Positions 40,271 to 53,932 of a DNA stretch of 64,000 bases are shown here, piece by piece. Below the pieces are notes generated by a model, which was not told the origin of the DNA, ran no database searches, and saw only the letters and a list, made by a program, of their open reading frames with translations. The position numbers and the translations under genes are program-made. The first letter of the stretch is position 1, and the number at the start of each line of letters is the position of its first letter. Origin of the DNA: Octopus vulgaris (Eukaryota); NCBI GenBank assembly GCA_951406725.2, contig OX597817.1:168826001-168890000 (forward strand), read 5' to 3'.

Positions 40271-42147
40271 TCCTTATTTCAAATCTCCCGCATACACCAC
40301 AGAATTATTGTGTTGGTAATGACTAACCTGCTTGTGGATTTGGGTGTATTAACGATGTATTTGTGAAGTTTCTTGGTGTAGGCATACTGCAATGACTTGC
40401 TGAGAAACTGACACAGCTGACTTGTTTATTGTGATCTAATGCTTGTGGTATACACTAGCTCACTCCCTCAATCAAATTAATATTTATTTCTTTGCTACCC
40501 ACAAGGGGCTAAACACAGAGGGGGAAAAACAAGGACAGACAAAGAGATTAAGTCGATTATATCGACCCCAGTGCGTAACTGGTAATTAATTTATTGGCCC
40601 CAGTGCATAACTGGTACTTAATTTATCGACCCCGAAAGGATAAAAGGCAAAGTCGACCTCAGCGGAATTTGAACTCAGAATGTAACAGCAAACGAAATAC
40701 GGCTAAGCGTTTCGCCCGGTGTGCCAATGTTTCTGCCAGCTTGCCACCTTTCTCAATCAAATTAATATTGCCATTGCAGGTACACAGTGTGCCACAAATC
40801 AGATATTACAGAGGTTAGAGAGTAACATAAGATGAAGTGTCTTGCTCATAAATACAACACACACCCTGGTTCAAGAATCAATTTTGTGATCTTGAGTGCA
40901 ACACCCCCAACCACTAAGCCATGCTTATATTAAATGTTTCAGTATTGAAGTGAGTGAAGAAATAATCATGGATCAAATTTTCTGTGGATTTCATTATTAT
41001 TTCTGATGGAACTTCATTTTTTTCTCTTCTTTGTTCAGAATTTTCACATCTGATCTTTTAAAAATTATATTGTTAACTGGATTGTGACACAGTAATGTGA
41101 GGCCAACAGGTGCCTCTGTAGTGAGAACCAGACATCAATACAGGGTTGAGGAACCATATGGGAACATGAGAATGTAGTAGTGTAGAAGAAGGTTAAGACA
41201 GTGATCTGTTTTTACTAATTTCAGTCATTGGACTGCAGCCATGCTGGGGAAATCCCTTGAAGGATTTAATTGAACAAAGCAACCCCAGTACCCACTATAT
41301 TTCTTTTAAAGTCTAATACTTATCCTATGGGTCATTTTCACAAAACCTCTTAGTTACAGGGATGTAAACAAACCACCACTGATTGTCAAGTGGTGATGGG
41401 TAGGGGGACAATCACAATGACATACACACATATATGCATGTATGTGTGTGTGTATATATGTGCTATTGATGATTTCTTTTCCTGCTTCGGACTTTTCCCT
41501 TTCTCTGTTGAAGAAGCTATGCTTGAAACATCAAAAACTCTCTCTTTTTTTACTGGGTGTCAAACCAATACATTCCTTATGCACATCCTCTTGTTGTGTG
41601 TTATTGTTAATTTTATTGTTCCTTTATTCGAATTCATCATCATTATCATCGTTTAACGTCCGTTTTCCATGCTGGCACTGGTTGGACGATTCGACCGGGG
41701 TCTGGGAAGCCTGGAGGCTGCACCAGGCTCCAGTCTTATCTGGCAGTGTTTCTACAGCTGGATGCCCTTCCTAACGCCAACCACTCCATGAGTGTAGTGG
41801 GTGCTTTTTATGTGCCACTGGCACAGGTGCCAGAGGAAGCTGGCAGCAGCCATGATCAGTTGGTGCTTTTTACATGCCACCGGCACAGAAGCCAGTCAAG
41901 GCGGCACTGGCATCGGCCACGTTCGGATGGTGCTTTTTACATGCCACCGGCACAGGTATCACAACTACTATTTCCATTTGATATTTATTTTGATATTGAT
42001 GTACTTGACTCAATAGGTCTCCTCAAGCACAGCTATATATATAAGTATATATATATAAAGTTATAAATGATAGAGAAATAGTTTGATGAAATTTTATTTA
42101 ATAAAAGAAAATTCAAATATCATGACATTGCTTCGTAACTTAAAATA

Positions 42148-42560
42148 TGCGCAGGAGTGACTGCGTGGTAAGTAGCTTGCTTACCAACCACATGGTTCCA
42201 GGTTCAGTCCCACTGCGTGGCACCTTGGGCAAGTGTCTTCTACTATAGCCTCGGGCCAACCAAAGCCTTGTGAGTGGATTTGGTAGACGGAAACTGAAAG
42301 AAGCCCGTCGTATATATATATGTATATATATGTGTGTGTGTATGTTTGTGTGTCTGTGTTTGTCCCCCTAGCATTGCTTGACAACCGATGCTGGTGTGTT
42401 TACGTCCCCGTAACTTAGCGGTTCGGCAAAAGAGACCGATAGAATAAGTACTGGGCTTACAAAAAGAATAAGTCCTGGGGTCGATTTGCTCGACTAAAGG
42501 CGGTGCTCCAGCATGGCCGCAGTCAAATGACTGTAACAAGTAAAAGAGTAAAAAGAGAGA
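42148..42560 (+). mobile_element. SINE family A
   Basis: Full alignment. Other partial or older copies at about 58-200, 510-645, 10585-11000, 21165-21805, 36705-36930, 37420-37812, 56690-56857, 57925-58310, 59422-59640 and 62645-62815. Confidence 0.9.
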
Positions 42561-43882
42561 GTATGTAGATAATTTATATTATTATATTTAACAATAAATT
42601 ACTTACATCATCATCATCGTTTAACGTCCGCTTTCCATGCTAGCATGGGTTGGACGGTTCAACTGGGGTCTGTGAAGCTGGAAGGCTTCGTCAGGCCCAG
42701 TCAGATCTGGCAGTGTTTCTATGGCTGGATGCCCTTCCTAACGCCAACCACTCCGTGAGTGTAGTGGGTGCTTTTTACGTGCCACCCACACAGGTGCCAG
42801 ACAGAGCTGGCAAACGGCCACGAACGGATGGTGCTTTTACGTGTCACCGGCACGGGGGCCAGGCGAGGCTGGCAACGGACACGAACGGATGGTGCTTTTA
42901 CGTGCCACCAACACAGGGGCCAGACAGAGTGTGTGCATTAATGTATGTGCATTACATGTGTGCATTAATGCAAAATGTAAAAAATCTTTGAAAATAATGC
43001 AGAAGTTATGTCCTCAGGTGAAAGAAAGTCTTTGTTAAATATTGTTGTAATATTTTAATTTTCTAATTGTTAAAGAAAATTTCATCAAACTATATCCGGA
43101 GTTTATGACTTTATATTCTCCTTACCGTTTCCTTTGTATCTTATTATATATTCTATGATTTGGAGAGTGATACTTTAAAAAGCTTTTCATGAGTATTACT
43201 GGATTACTTAAATTCATATATTGTGACATTATATCTATATATACATATATATATGGCTTCTGTGCTGGTGGCACATAAAAAGCACCATCCGAACGTGGCC
43301 GATGCCAGCACCGCCTCAACTGGCTTCTATGCCGGTGGCACATAAAAAGCACCAACCGATCGTGGCCGATGCCAGACCCCTCTGGCACCTGTGCAGGTGG
43401 CACGTAAAAAGCACCCACTACACTCGCGGAGTAGTTGGCGTTAGGAAGGGCATCCAGCTGTAGAAACACTGCCAGATCAGACTGGAGCCTGGTGCAGCCA
43501 ACCCGTGCTAGCGCGGAAAACGGACGTTAAACGATGATGATGATGATGATATATGAGATCCTCTTCGGTCATGACACTGACCATGGGGCTGCATCTAGAA
43601 TGTTCCCCCCTCCCACCGGCACATGTTCGGGCAAGGTTGTTTATGGAAGACCAGCAGTCGCCCATGCATACCGGCCTCCCATCTCGATGCCACCAGTGTT
43701 ATCCAAGGGAAAGGCAAAGACCGATACAGCTTGGCACCAGTGAGGCTGCAACTCATTTCTACAGCTGAGTGAACTGGAGCAACGTGAAATAAAGTGTCTT
43801 GCTCAAGAACACAACACGCAGCCCGGTCCGGGATTCGAGCTCACAACCTCACGATCGTAAGCTCTGAGCCATGTGCCTTCAC

Positions 43883-43946
<64 letters not shown>

Positions 43947-44254
43947 AACATATATGAAGTTCATTTGGCATTATGCATGCTTGAGAAGAAGACCCATCAA
44001 GCCAAGTAAAACTGCAGTTGTGGCAGATACTGGTGTCATGCAAATGTATCCATGCCAGAAGAACATAAAAGCACCTATTACATTCTCAGAGTGGTTGGCG
44101 TTAGGAAGGGCATCCAGCTGTAAAAACCATGCCAAAACAGACTAGAGTCTAGTGCAGCCTTCCAGCTTGCCAGCCCTCATCACACCATCCATCCCATACC
44201 AGCATGGACAACAGACATTAAATAATGATGATATATAGTAGAAAACTATAGTAT

Positions 44255-44673
44255 AAGGCGGCGAGCTGGCAGAAACGTTAGCACACCGGGCGAAATGCGT
44301 AGCCGTATTTCATCTGCCGTTACGTTCTGAGTTCAAATTCCGCAGAGGTCGACTTTGCCTTTCATCCTTTCGGGATCGATAAATTAAGTACCAGTTACGC
44401 ACTGGGGTCGATGTAATCAACTTAATCCCTTTGACTGTCCTTGTTTGTCCTCTCTGTTTTTAGCCCCTAGTGGGCAATAAAGAAATAGGTATTTCATCTG
44501 CTGCTACGTTCTGAGTTCTAATTCCACCGAGGTCGACTTTGCCTTTCATCCTTTCGAGGTCGATAAATTAAGTACCAGTTACGCACTGGGGTCAATGTAA
44601 TCGACTTAATCCCTTTGACTGTCCTTGTTTGTCCTCTCTATGTTTAGCCCCTTGTGAGTAGTAAAGAAATAGG
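44255..44673 (+). mobile_element. SINE family B, one head plus two bodies
   Basis: Junction aaagaaata|ggtatttc at ~44488; flanking tatatagtagaaaac duplication. Confidence 0.9.
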
Positions 44674-45047
44674 TATATAGTAGAAAACACCCGATAGTTA
44701 CAGTAGATGACACTTCCCAAGGTGCCCTGCAGGGGGACTTAACCCAAATCCTTGTGGATTGGAGGCAGACTTCTCAACTACGACAAGATGCACAGCATGG
44801 CCACCACATCTATACCTTACTCCACATCTACAGGGACTGTAGTTTTGAAAGAGACCACGGTGGCCAGTTAGTGGTGGTGGTGGTGGTGGTAGTGATGGCT
44901 GTGTTGCAGTAAGCAATTATTTCTTTTGTGACACGCTGCACGTTGCACCTGTCCATGTATTACTAACACATCATGCTGCGCTGCACCTGATGTATGGTGC
45001 CGTGTGACATTGAGGAGACCAACCTCTGACAACCAGAACATGTGTGT

Positions 45048-45089
<42 letters not shown>

Positions 45090-45182
45090 ATTTGTCTATA
45101 TGTGCATCTTTGTGTTTCTGGCTTTATGAGTGTAACATTCTGTATGTTGTGTGTGTGTTTCTGTTGTTAAGACAGTACAAGG

Positions 45183-45224
<42 letters not shown>

Positions 45225-45837
45225 GGAGAGTGGAAGATGTACTAATTAACTTAACAAGATCTTCACAGATCTTCAACATTGATTTAATGTCTATTGATAC
45301 TGTAGAGGTGTGTGTGTCTGTGTATATGTGTGTCTGTCTGTGTGTGTGTGTGTGTAGATGTGTTTGTGTGTAAATGTGTCTGTGTGTGTGTGTCTTGCTA
45401 TGTTTGTAATTGTATCTAAGTACACGTGTGAGTAGTTGTCTGTATTTGTAATTATTACATATGTATACGTGTAGGCTGTCTGTGGGTGTATGACTGTATG
45501 GCTCTCCCTTTCTCCTTTCTCTCTCTCTCTCTCCTGGTGTTTGTTTGTGAGTGTATGTATATATGTATATGTGTGTGTGTATGTATGTATATGTGTGTAT
45601 GTGTGTGTGAGACATATTTCTGTGTTTCCATACATATACCATGTGCAAGTGTTTGTATATGTTTGCGTGTCTGTTTGTGTCTCTGCGTGTTTGTAAATGT
45701 TTGTGTGTGTGTTTGTACCTCTGCTTGTGTTTTTATATATGTGTCCATACCTATATGAATATACATGTGTCTGTGTATGAATGTGAGTCCATAGATATAT
45801 ACATATGTATATGCATGTATGTGTGTTTGCATATGTG

Positions 45838-45887
<50 letters not shown>

Positions 45888-45985
45888 CATACATATAGAT
45901 ACACAATCTATATGTAGTATATATATATATATATAGATAGATAGATAGATAGATAGATATATACATATATATATATATGTATATA

Positions 45986-46022
<37 letters not shown>

Positions 46023-46559
46023 GTGTATATGTGTGTGTCTATATGTGTGTTGTGGTTGTGTCTATATGTCTGTAATAGACATGTGTGTATGTATGTTTGG
46101 GCATATTTGTATTTTTTTATTTATTTATTTATTTATATATGTGTGTGTGTGTGTCTATATATACACACACACACACAAACACAGCTGCACACACATATAC
46201 ATATATACATGATGTGTGTGTGGTACAATGTTATAAAAGCGTTTTCTCGAATGCAAAGTCAAAACTACAAAAACAAAATCTAACACCTGCATCACCATCA
46301 CAACCATCATCATCACTACCATCATCACCTCCACCATCACTATCACCGTGAATAACAACAACAACAGTCATAGAAATCAATACAACATTATACAGAAGTG
46401 TATCGGTACAGTTTTAATACTACCAATTCGGTTATCACCTTCAGTTTCTTGTGATTATTAACACTTGTGTATATGTGTGTGTATATATGTTTAATAATAT
46501 GGATGTGTGTGTGTGTCAGTGTGTCCACGTATACATACACCCAGACCCATGCTCATATG

Positions 46560-46634
46560 CGTGTGTATCTGTGTGCATGTGTATATATACATATGTGTGT
46601 ATGTATGTGTGCGTGTGCACATACACCCACACTC

Positions 46635-46668
<34 letters not shown>

Positions 46669-47500
46669 CTATGTGCATGTGTATATATACATATGTGTAT
46701 ATATACACACGTGTGTATGTATGTATGCGTGTGCACATACACCCACACTCATATGTGTGTGTGTGTGTATCTATGTGCATGTGTATATATACATATGTGT
46801 ATATATATACACACGTGTGTATGTATGTGTGCGTGTGCACATACATTCACACTCATATGTGTGTGTGTGTGTATCTATGTGCATGTGTATATATACATAT
46901 GTGTATATATACACACGTGTGTATGTATGTATGCGTGTGCACATACACCCACACTCATATGTGTGTGTGTGTGTATCTATGTGCATGTGTATATACATAT
47001 GTGTATATATACACACGTGTGTATGTATGTGTGCGAGTGCACATACACCCACACTCGTGTGTGTGTGTGTGTATCTATGTGCATGTGTATATATACATAT
47101 GTGTATATATACACACGTGTGTATGTATGTGTGCGTGTGCACATACACCCACACTCGTGTGTGTGTGTGTGTATCTATATGCATGTGTATATATACATAT
47201 GTGTATATATACACACGTGTGTATGTATGTGTGCGTGTGCACATACACCCACACTCGTGTGTGTGTGTGTGTATCTATATGCATGTGTATATATACATAT
47301 GTGTATATATACACGCGTGTGTATGTATGTGTGCGTGTGCACATACAACCACACTCATATATGTGTGTGTGTGTATCTATGTGCATGTGTATATATACAT
47401 ATGTGTATATATACACACGTGTGTATGTATGTGTGCGTGTGCACATACAACCACACTCATATATGTGTGTGTGTGTGTATCTATGTGCATGTGTATATAT
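46560..47500. repeat. About 100-bp higher-order minisatellite built from TG/TA/CA microsatellite (about 9 units)
   Basis: Landmark gtgcacatacacccacactc recurs near 46625, 46741, 46845, 46947, 47047, 47147, 47247, 47347 and 47449. Confidence 0.9.
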
Positions 47501-47754
47501 ACACACTCACCCACACATGCATGTGTGTGTGTGTATACTTACACATACAGTCATCAGCACCACTGGATGTGTGTGTGTATGTCAGTGTGCATACACCCAC
47601 ACTCATATATGTGTGTATCTGTGTGCATGTGTATATATACATATGTGTATATACACACACACATGTGTGTGTATGTACACATACACCCACACCCATACTA
47701 TGTGTGTGTGTGTGTGTGTGTATATCTGTGTGCATGTGTATATATACATATATG

Positions 47755-47790
<36 letters not shown>

Positions 47791-48532
47791 TGCATGTGTG
47801 TACGTGTATACTTACACATACATCATCATCACCACTTCATCATCATTTTAGCATCCAGTTTTTATCCCCCCCCCCCCATGCTTGCTTGTGTCAGAAGTAA
47901 GTCATTGAACCAGATCTTTCTGTTCTGCGGCCTGATGCTCTTCCAGTTGCTAACACTCACCTGTTTCCAAGTAAAACAATATTTCCTCCATTTCTTTGAA
48001 ACATCCCTAGTGCAATGGCCAGACATGTTTTCATGCCAGATTGCAAATGAACAATACTGTTTGCCTGTTGACGAATCTTTTTATCTTTTTACTTGTTTCA
48101 GTCATTTGACTGCGACCATGCTGGGACAGTACCCTGTTTTTACAATCTCAGTGTGATGTCAAGATAAAGAAACACAACCACACACACACACACACTCATG
48201 CATTCATGCATTCAATTAGCTTCTTTCAGTTTGTATCTATGAAATACCGATGCCGGACCCCACCCCTGGCACCTGTGCGGGTGGCACGTAAAAAGCACCC
48301 ACTACACTCACGGAGTGGTTGACGTTAGGAAGGGCATCCAGCCGTAGAAACTCTGCCAGATCAGACCGGAGCCTGGAGCAGCCCCTGGCTTCCCAGACCC
48401 CGGTCGAACCGTCCAACCCATGCTAACGTGGAAAATGGACGTTAAACGATGATGATGATGATGATTATGATGATGATGAAACTCACTCACCAGGCTTTTT
48501 TCAGCCCTGGGCTATTGGCAATACTGGCTTAG

Positions 48533-48752
48533 TCCTTTAGCATTCAGATTTCTCTGTCAAATGTGATGCTTATTTATTCACATTATTTTGAATTAATCAT
48601 GCATTATCTTGTAGCTTTGACATTTCAATGATGTGGTTGTTTATTTTTAAAATAACATTGTAGGATAGGTGTAAGAGGCTGGATCTGGTCAGTTTGAACA
48701 TATAACACATAAAATATTTGAGCCAGATAGGGCCAGTTTAAATGCTAAAGGG
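48533..48752. mobile_element. piggyBac-type MITE (same family, mutated left end)
   Basis: ttag|tcctttag ... ctaaaggg|TTAA; same internal sequence. Confidence 0.8.
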
Positions 48753-49214
48753 TTAAGGCATGGGCTCACCAGGAGTTGCCCAGGAACCTCCCAGATCTAG
48801 GGTCCAGTTCTAATCTATGTATGTTGTTGTTTGCTGTCAATACATAAATACGAGTTGGCAGTATTGTTAGCAAGACAATGAGTTCACAGAATCGTTAGCA
48901 CACCGGGCAAAATGCTTACCAGTATTTCTTCTGCCATTACGCTCTGAGTTCAAATTCCACTGAAATCGACTTTGCCTTTCATCCTTTCAGGTTCAATTAT
49001 ATAAGTACTAGTTATGCTCTGGGGTCATTATAATCGACTTAATCCCTTTGTCTGTCCTTGTTTGTCCCCTCTATGTTTAGTCCCCTGTGGGCAATAAAGA
49101 AATAAATACATAAATACTATGGGAGACCAGTGCATTGACTTACCCAGGGCCTATAACGCTACAGAAAAAGCCTAGCTATTGTAGATGGCATTTGCCCAAG
49201 GTGCACAGTAGAAC

Positions 49215-49483
49215 TCAGAGCTGTGGAGTTGGAGTCATGGAGTCAGAGTTGGAAACAATTAAGTGGTAGCTGGAGTCAGAGTCAGTAAAACTATAAAGAC
49301 TCCAACTCACAATATCTTTATTCTTTAATATAGACCAGTTATAACACAGAGGCCTTCTCAAAGTACAAGTGTATGCATATGCTTTATGAGATATGTAGAC
49401 CACAATCACTTAATTGCATAAAGAGGAGTCTGAGTCGGAGGTGCCAATAGTAGAGGAGTCTGAGTCGAAGGTTCTTGTTTTTG
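49215..49483. mobile_element. Truncated non-autonomous DNA element with ggagtc(a/g)gagtc subterminal repeats
   Basis: Starts cagagctgtggagttggagtc with several ggagtc repeats; sits inside a SINE A remnant; no matching right TIR seen. Confidence 0.45.
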
Positions 49484-49989
49484 ATAGAACTGAACCCAAA
49501 GTACTGTGGTTGTAAACAAATTCCCTAACCACAAAGCAATACCTGTGGTCAATTTAACCCCACCTGTGAGATATAAATTGACCAACACTTGTGGTCAGTT
49601 TATATCTCACTCATCTTTGGTATCAATAACTACTATATATTGTGTTCCATCCTTTAACCATGCAATTAAGTTTCATGATTAAACACTATGGAACCTGTTA
49701 TGGTCCCTGGCCTTGCCAGTTCCTGTCAGTCTGTCCAACCCATACCAGCATGGAAAGCACACATTAAATGTTGATGAAGATGATGATTTCGGTAATGATG
49801 TTAAATATCTACCAAAACATAGAATTGGTATTTTCTGCAAGTCCCGTTGACTCAATAAACACGACATACCTCAATGAAAAATGGTTTCAAACATGACATT
49901 CTGCAACAAAAGACAGACAGGTGTATCAAATTGATTTTTGAAGTTAAAGGTAATGAAATTTTGAGTATATCTATCTGATTTCCACAGTA

Positions 49990-51044
49990 AAAGGATATCC
50001 AAAAGTTCCTCGTCTAGTTATGTTTAATAAAAGATAACTTATTTACCTAAATTTTAACATCATATCCTTCAAAATAGTTACCTTGCACAGCAATACACTG
50101 ATCCCACTTTTGGAATCCAGTCTGTAAGCCATTTTCTGTAAGTGAGTCAAGAACCTTCTGTGATTCACTCTGGAACTTGACAACGGTGTTAAAACAGTGA
50201 CCTTTGAGCTGCATTTTCATCTTGGGGAAGAGTCAGAAGTTCACAAATGCCAAATCTGGTGAATAGGGTGGGTGTGGAAGCAATACCAAGTTGTTTTTGG
50301 TGAGAAACTCACAAGTGAGGAGAGATTGCTGACAGAGTGGATTGTCATCATCAAGAATCCAATTCTTCATGCTTCACTGATCCGGTCACTTTCACTGAAT
50401 GTCCTCGCTCAAATGCTTCAAAATGTCGCAGTAGAACTCTCGGTTGATGGTCTGGTCCTGGGGAATGAATTTTCAATGTACAATACAACATTTCTGAGGG
50501 TGATCCTCATGGCAGGTCTTCCAGGTCACTCATCATCTTCCAGAGATGTTCTTCTGTTTTTGAATCACCCAAGCCTCTCAAAATATTGTGTATGACCCAT
50601 TGCCTTGGTAGGTGAAGAGAAAAAATACAGACACACATAAATATATACATATACGATCGGCTTCTTTTAGTTTCCATGTACCAAATCCATTCATAAGGCC
50701 TAAGTCGGTCTGAGGCTATAGTAGAAAACATTTGCCCAAGGTGTCAAGCAGCAGGACTGAACCCGGAACCATGTGGTTGGGAAGTATGCTCAATATCTCT
50801 GTAGCAGACTTCTCAAGTTTAATGCAAAATTTCATGTTGGCTTTTTGTTCCTGTCCACGACAAAATCGCAAACTACGTGATCACAAAAATACTAATTTTA
50901 CAACTTGTGAAGTAAACACAGTGATATCACTCAGCACACTGCCTCATGAAGGTCACTGCTAACTCTCAATATGCATGCAACCATATGCTGCCATCTGTTG
51001 GTGTGCTACAGAACTAGTCCAGAAACATTTTCATACCACCTCAT
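49990..51044 (-). mobile_element. Decayed, internally deleted mariner transposon interrupted by a SINE A fragment (~50610-50785)
   Basis: Minus strand translates EQKANMKFCIKLEKSATE (N-terminal), EDDE*PGRP, and WILDDDN...LLPHPPYSPDLAFVNF*LFPKMK...WDQCIAVQGNYFEG (mariner YSPDLAP motif). Ends approximate. Confidence 0.85.
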
Positions 51045-51369
51045 ATGTCCATTGTTCAATGATGGCTGACAAACTGAAAATGTCAGTGAAACACCTAGAT
51101 GTCCCATAAGACAACATGATGAATATTTTATATTTTCTTCATATGGTATATTTGAGGTCAGTTTATCCTGTTTGTTTAATTCCCATGTGGTCCATCTTCT
51201 GTTAACCCATCTTTTTATATGCACAGATATGGCTGTGTGAGTAAGAATCTCACTTAGCAACCACATGGTTTCAGGTTCAGTCCCACATTACAACACCTTA
51301 AGTATGTGTCTTTTACTGTAGCTCCAGCTGACCAATATCTTGTGAGTGAATATGGATATATATGTATCT

Positions 51370-51837
51370 CTGGAGATATGCTGTGACTGCGAAAACCCGA
51401 CAAAATGAAGTGAGTTCATGGCTCATAGGATGGCCTGCTGTGCTAACCTTGGATCGTAGGTTAGCACGTTGTGCTTGAGGAGACCTATTGAGTCAAGTAT
51501 GTCAACATCAACATCAAAATAAAAATCAAATGGAAATTGTAGTTATGATACCTGTGCCGGTGGCACGTAAAAAGCAACATCTGAATGTGGCTGATGCCAG
51601 CACCACCTGATTGGCGTCCGTGTTGGTGACATGTAAAAAGCATCAAGCAATCGTGGCTGTTTTCCAGCCCCCTCTGGCCCCTGTGCCGGTGGCACGTAAA
51701 AAGCACCCACTACACTCACGGAGTGGTTAGCGTTAGGAAGGGCATCCAGCTGTAGAAACACTGCCAGATCAGACTGGAGCCTGGCGCAGCCTCCTGACTT
51801 CCAGACCCCGGTCAAACCATCAAACCCAAGCTAGCAT
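51370..51837 (+). mobile_element. Family C RTE 3' end
   Basis: WRYAVTAKTRQ remnant, then the same modules and core. Confidence 0.75.
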
Positions 51838-51937
51838 ATATATATATATATGTAGGTCCCGGGTTGATTCGGGGTTAACCACAGTAAATAAGGTACTCAA
51901 TACATAGCAGAGTAAAATTAATTTATTATATAGAAGG

Positions 51938-51988
51938 AGCTTCTACAGGACTAGAACTGTTTCATTCAAGAGAAATCTTCAGGAAGCT
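51938..51988 (-). ncRNA. Type I hammerhead ribozyme (inverted twin of 52441)
   Basis: Exact reverse complement of 52441-52491. Confidence 0.75.
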
Positions 51989-52440
51989 AGTTAACAAGAA
52001 TTGTATTGGCATTTATACATTTAGGCAGGTTTAAAGGGGTGGTGGTGGGGGACTTTTTGGGGGTAGGCATAGCGCAAAATATCATACTTGGGGGAGTGGT
52101 CAAGGAGTCAGTGGTAAATTAGATGTATGTATATGTATGTGTATATATGTATATATGTGTGTGTGTGTATGTATGTGTGTATGTATATGTGTGTGTGTGT
52201 GTGTATATATGTATACATATGTGTATAGGTATAAGTGAGAATCTCCTTATTTACCTAAAACTCTATTCTTTTATATATTTTTTTATTCTTATATTTATTC
52301 TTTTATCTAATTTACCACTGACTCCTTGACCACTCCCCCAAGTATGATATTTTGCGCTATGCCTACCCCCAAAAAGTCCCCCACCACCACCCCTTTAAAC
52401 CTGCCTAAATGTATAAATGCCAATACAATTCTTGTTAACT

Positions 52441-52491
52441 AGCTTCCTGAAGATTTCTCTTGAATGAAACAGTTCTAGTCCTGTAGAAGCT
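52441..52491 (+). ncRNA. Type I hammerhead ribozyme
   Basis: Stem I agcttc/gaagct; core CTGAAGA; stem II ttc-tctt-gaa with a U.U at its base; GAAA; stem III acag/ctgt with loop ttctagtc; GUA triplet, predicted cut after 52485. Confidence 0.75.
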
Positions 52492-52501
52492 CCTTCTATA
52501 T

Positions 52502-52563
<62 letters not shown>

Positions 52564-52613
52564 TTGCATTACAAGTCACCATGTGGGGATAATTGAAATT
52601 CTCTCAATTTTTT

Positions 52614-52650
<37 letters not shown>

Positions 52651-53932
52651 TATATACCTGGGCTGGTGGCATATAAAAAGCATCCAGTACACTCTGTAAA
52701 GTGGTTACCATTAGGAAAGGCATCCAGTCATAGATACCTTGTCAGAACAGATAATTAGAGCCTGGTGCAGCTCTCTGGCTTGCCAGCTTTTGTCAAATCA
52801 TCCAACCCATGTCAACATAGAAAACAGATATTACATGACGATAATGATGATGATGATATATCTGTGTGTGTGTCTGTACACATATATGATATTACTATAT
52901 ATTTAACTTCATCATATATGCATGTATATATATGTATATATATATATACTGACATACTGTGCACATTTGCAGTTGATAGCCTATATATCTATTCATATTT
53001 GTGTATGTGAATGTATGCCAGTGTATCTCTGCATTTGCATCTGTTTATTAATCAGTGTGTGTGTCTGTGTGTACATGCATGTGTGTGTATGCATGTCAGT
53101 ACTGTAATACAAAGGATTTTACTGTGTGTATGTGAATGTATCAGTCTCTGTTTGTGCGTCAATGCGTACGTGTGTATGTGTGTGTATGTCACTTTGTGTC
53201 CGTGCTACAACAGAATCTTCTGCTAACAAGATCATTTCTCAGTTTATTGATTTCTTCTTTGAATTCTCTAACGACACATTTCCTCAGCTGTTGACACAGT
53301 TTTGATATCGGAATGAGGTCTGGGTTCTTTACCACATCTGCTTCTATGCAGTCTATATACATTGGGAAAAAAGAAAAAAGAAAAAATTGCTAACAACTAT
53401 ATTGGAATCAATGATTATACTGGAAGTGGTGTTGCAGAACTGTGTGAAGGTTGTGAGTCAGTTGAGTTCTTGACTCTGACATATCATATTGTTGATATTG
53501 TCACTGCAATGTCAGAAACAGTGTGAAGGTTCGAGAAAGTTAAATTCTTGAGTCTGACAGCTCTCTTTATTGAAATGATAACCCTTATGCTAGTAATAAT
53601 TGGAAGCTTTTGTATTCCTGAGGTCTTGACTGTTACATCTTCTATTGCTGAATGGGTCTTTCCTATGAGAGATATGATGTGGAAGCTTTAGAGATGCTAA
53701 GAATTTTGAATCTGACAGCTTGTTCTCATCATTGAAATAGTTTGTAGTTTAATATCAGAAATGTTATGAATGTTTCGTGCAAGTGAAAGCTTGAGAAAAC
53801 AACTTTTACTGTTGAAATGCTATTATAATAAAGAAATGTTGGTACTGATAACTGTGGCTATGGCGAGGCAAGTAATGTTAGGAATGATGATGGTGGGAGT
53901 GGTTTCAATAGTGGTATTAGCTATAGTACTCT

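Larger units (their letters stand above)
51853..52506. mobile_element. Penelope-like element ends in inverted arrangement
   Basis: About 200-bp, apparently perfect inverted repeat (~51924-52124 versus ~52305-52506) between TA microsatellites; each arm has a hammerhead motif. A related copy lies at 38997-39146. Confidence 0.75.

Noticed and set aside
41500-41545. Hammerhead at gttgaagaagctatgcttgaaac (similar trace at ~8430-8470)
   Set aside because: Core and stems too degenerate; at most decayed Penelope-like remnants.
46451-48156. Three long ORFs of 466-549 aa
   Set aside because: All frames are open because the TG/TA/CA repeat lacks stops; the translation is a C/V/Y/I/H/T low-complexity string.
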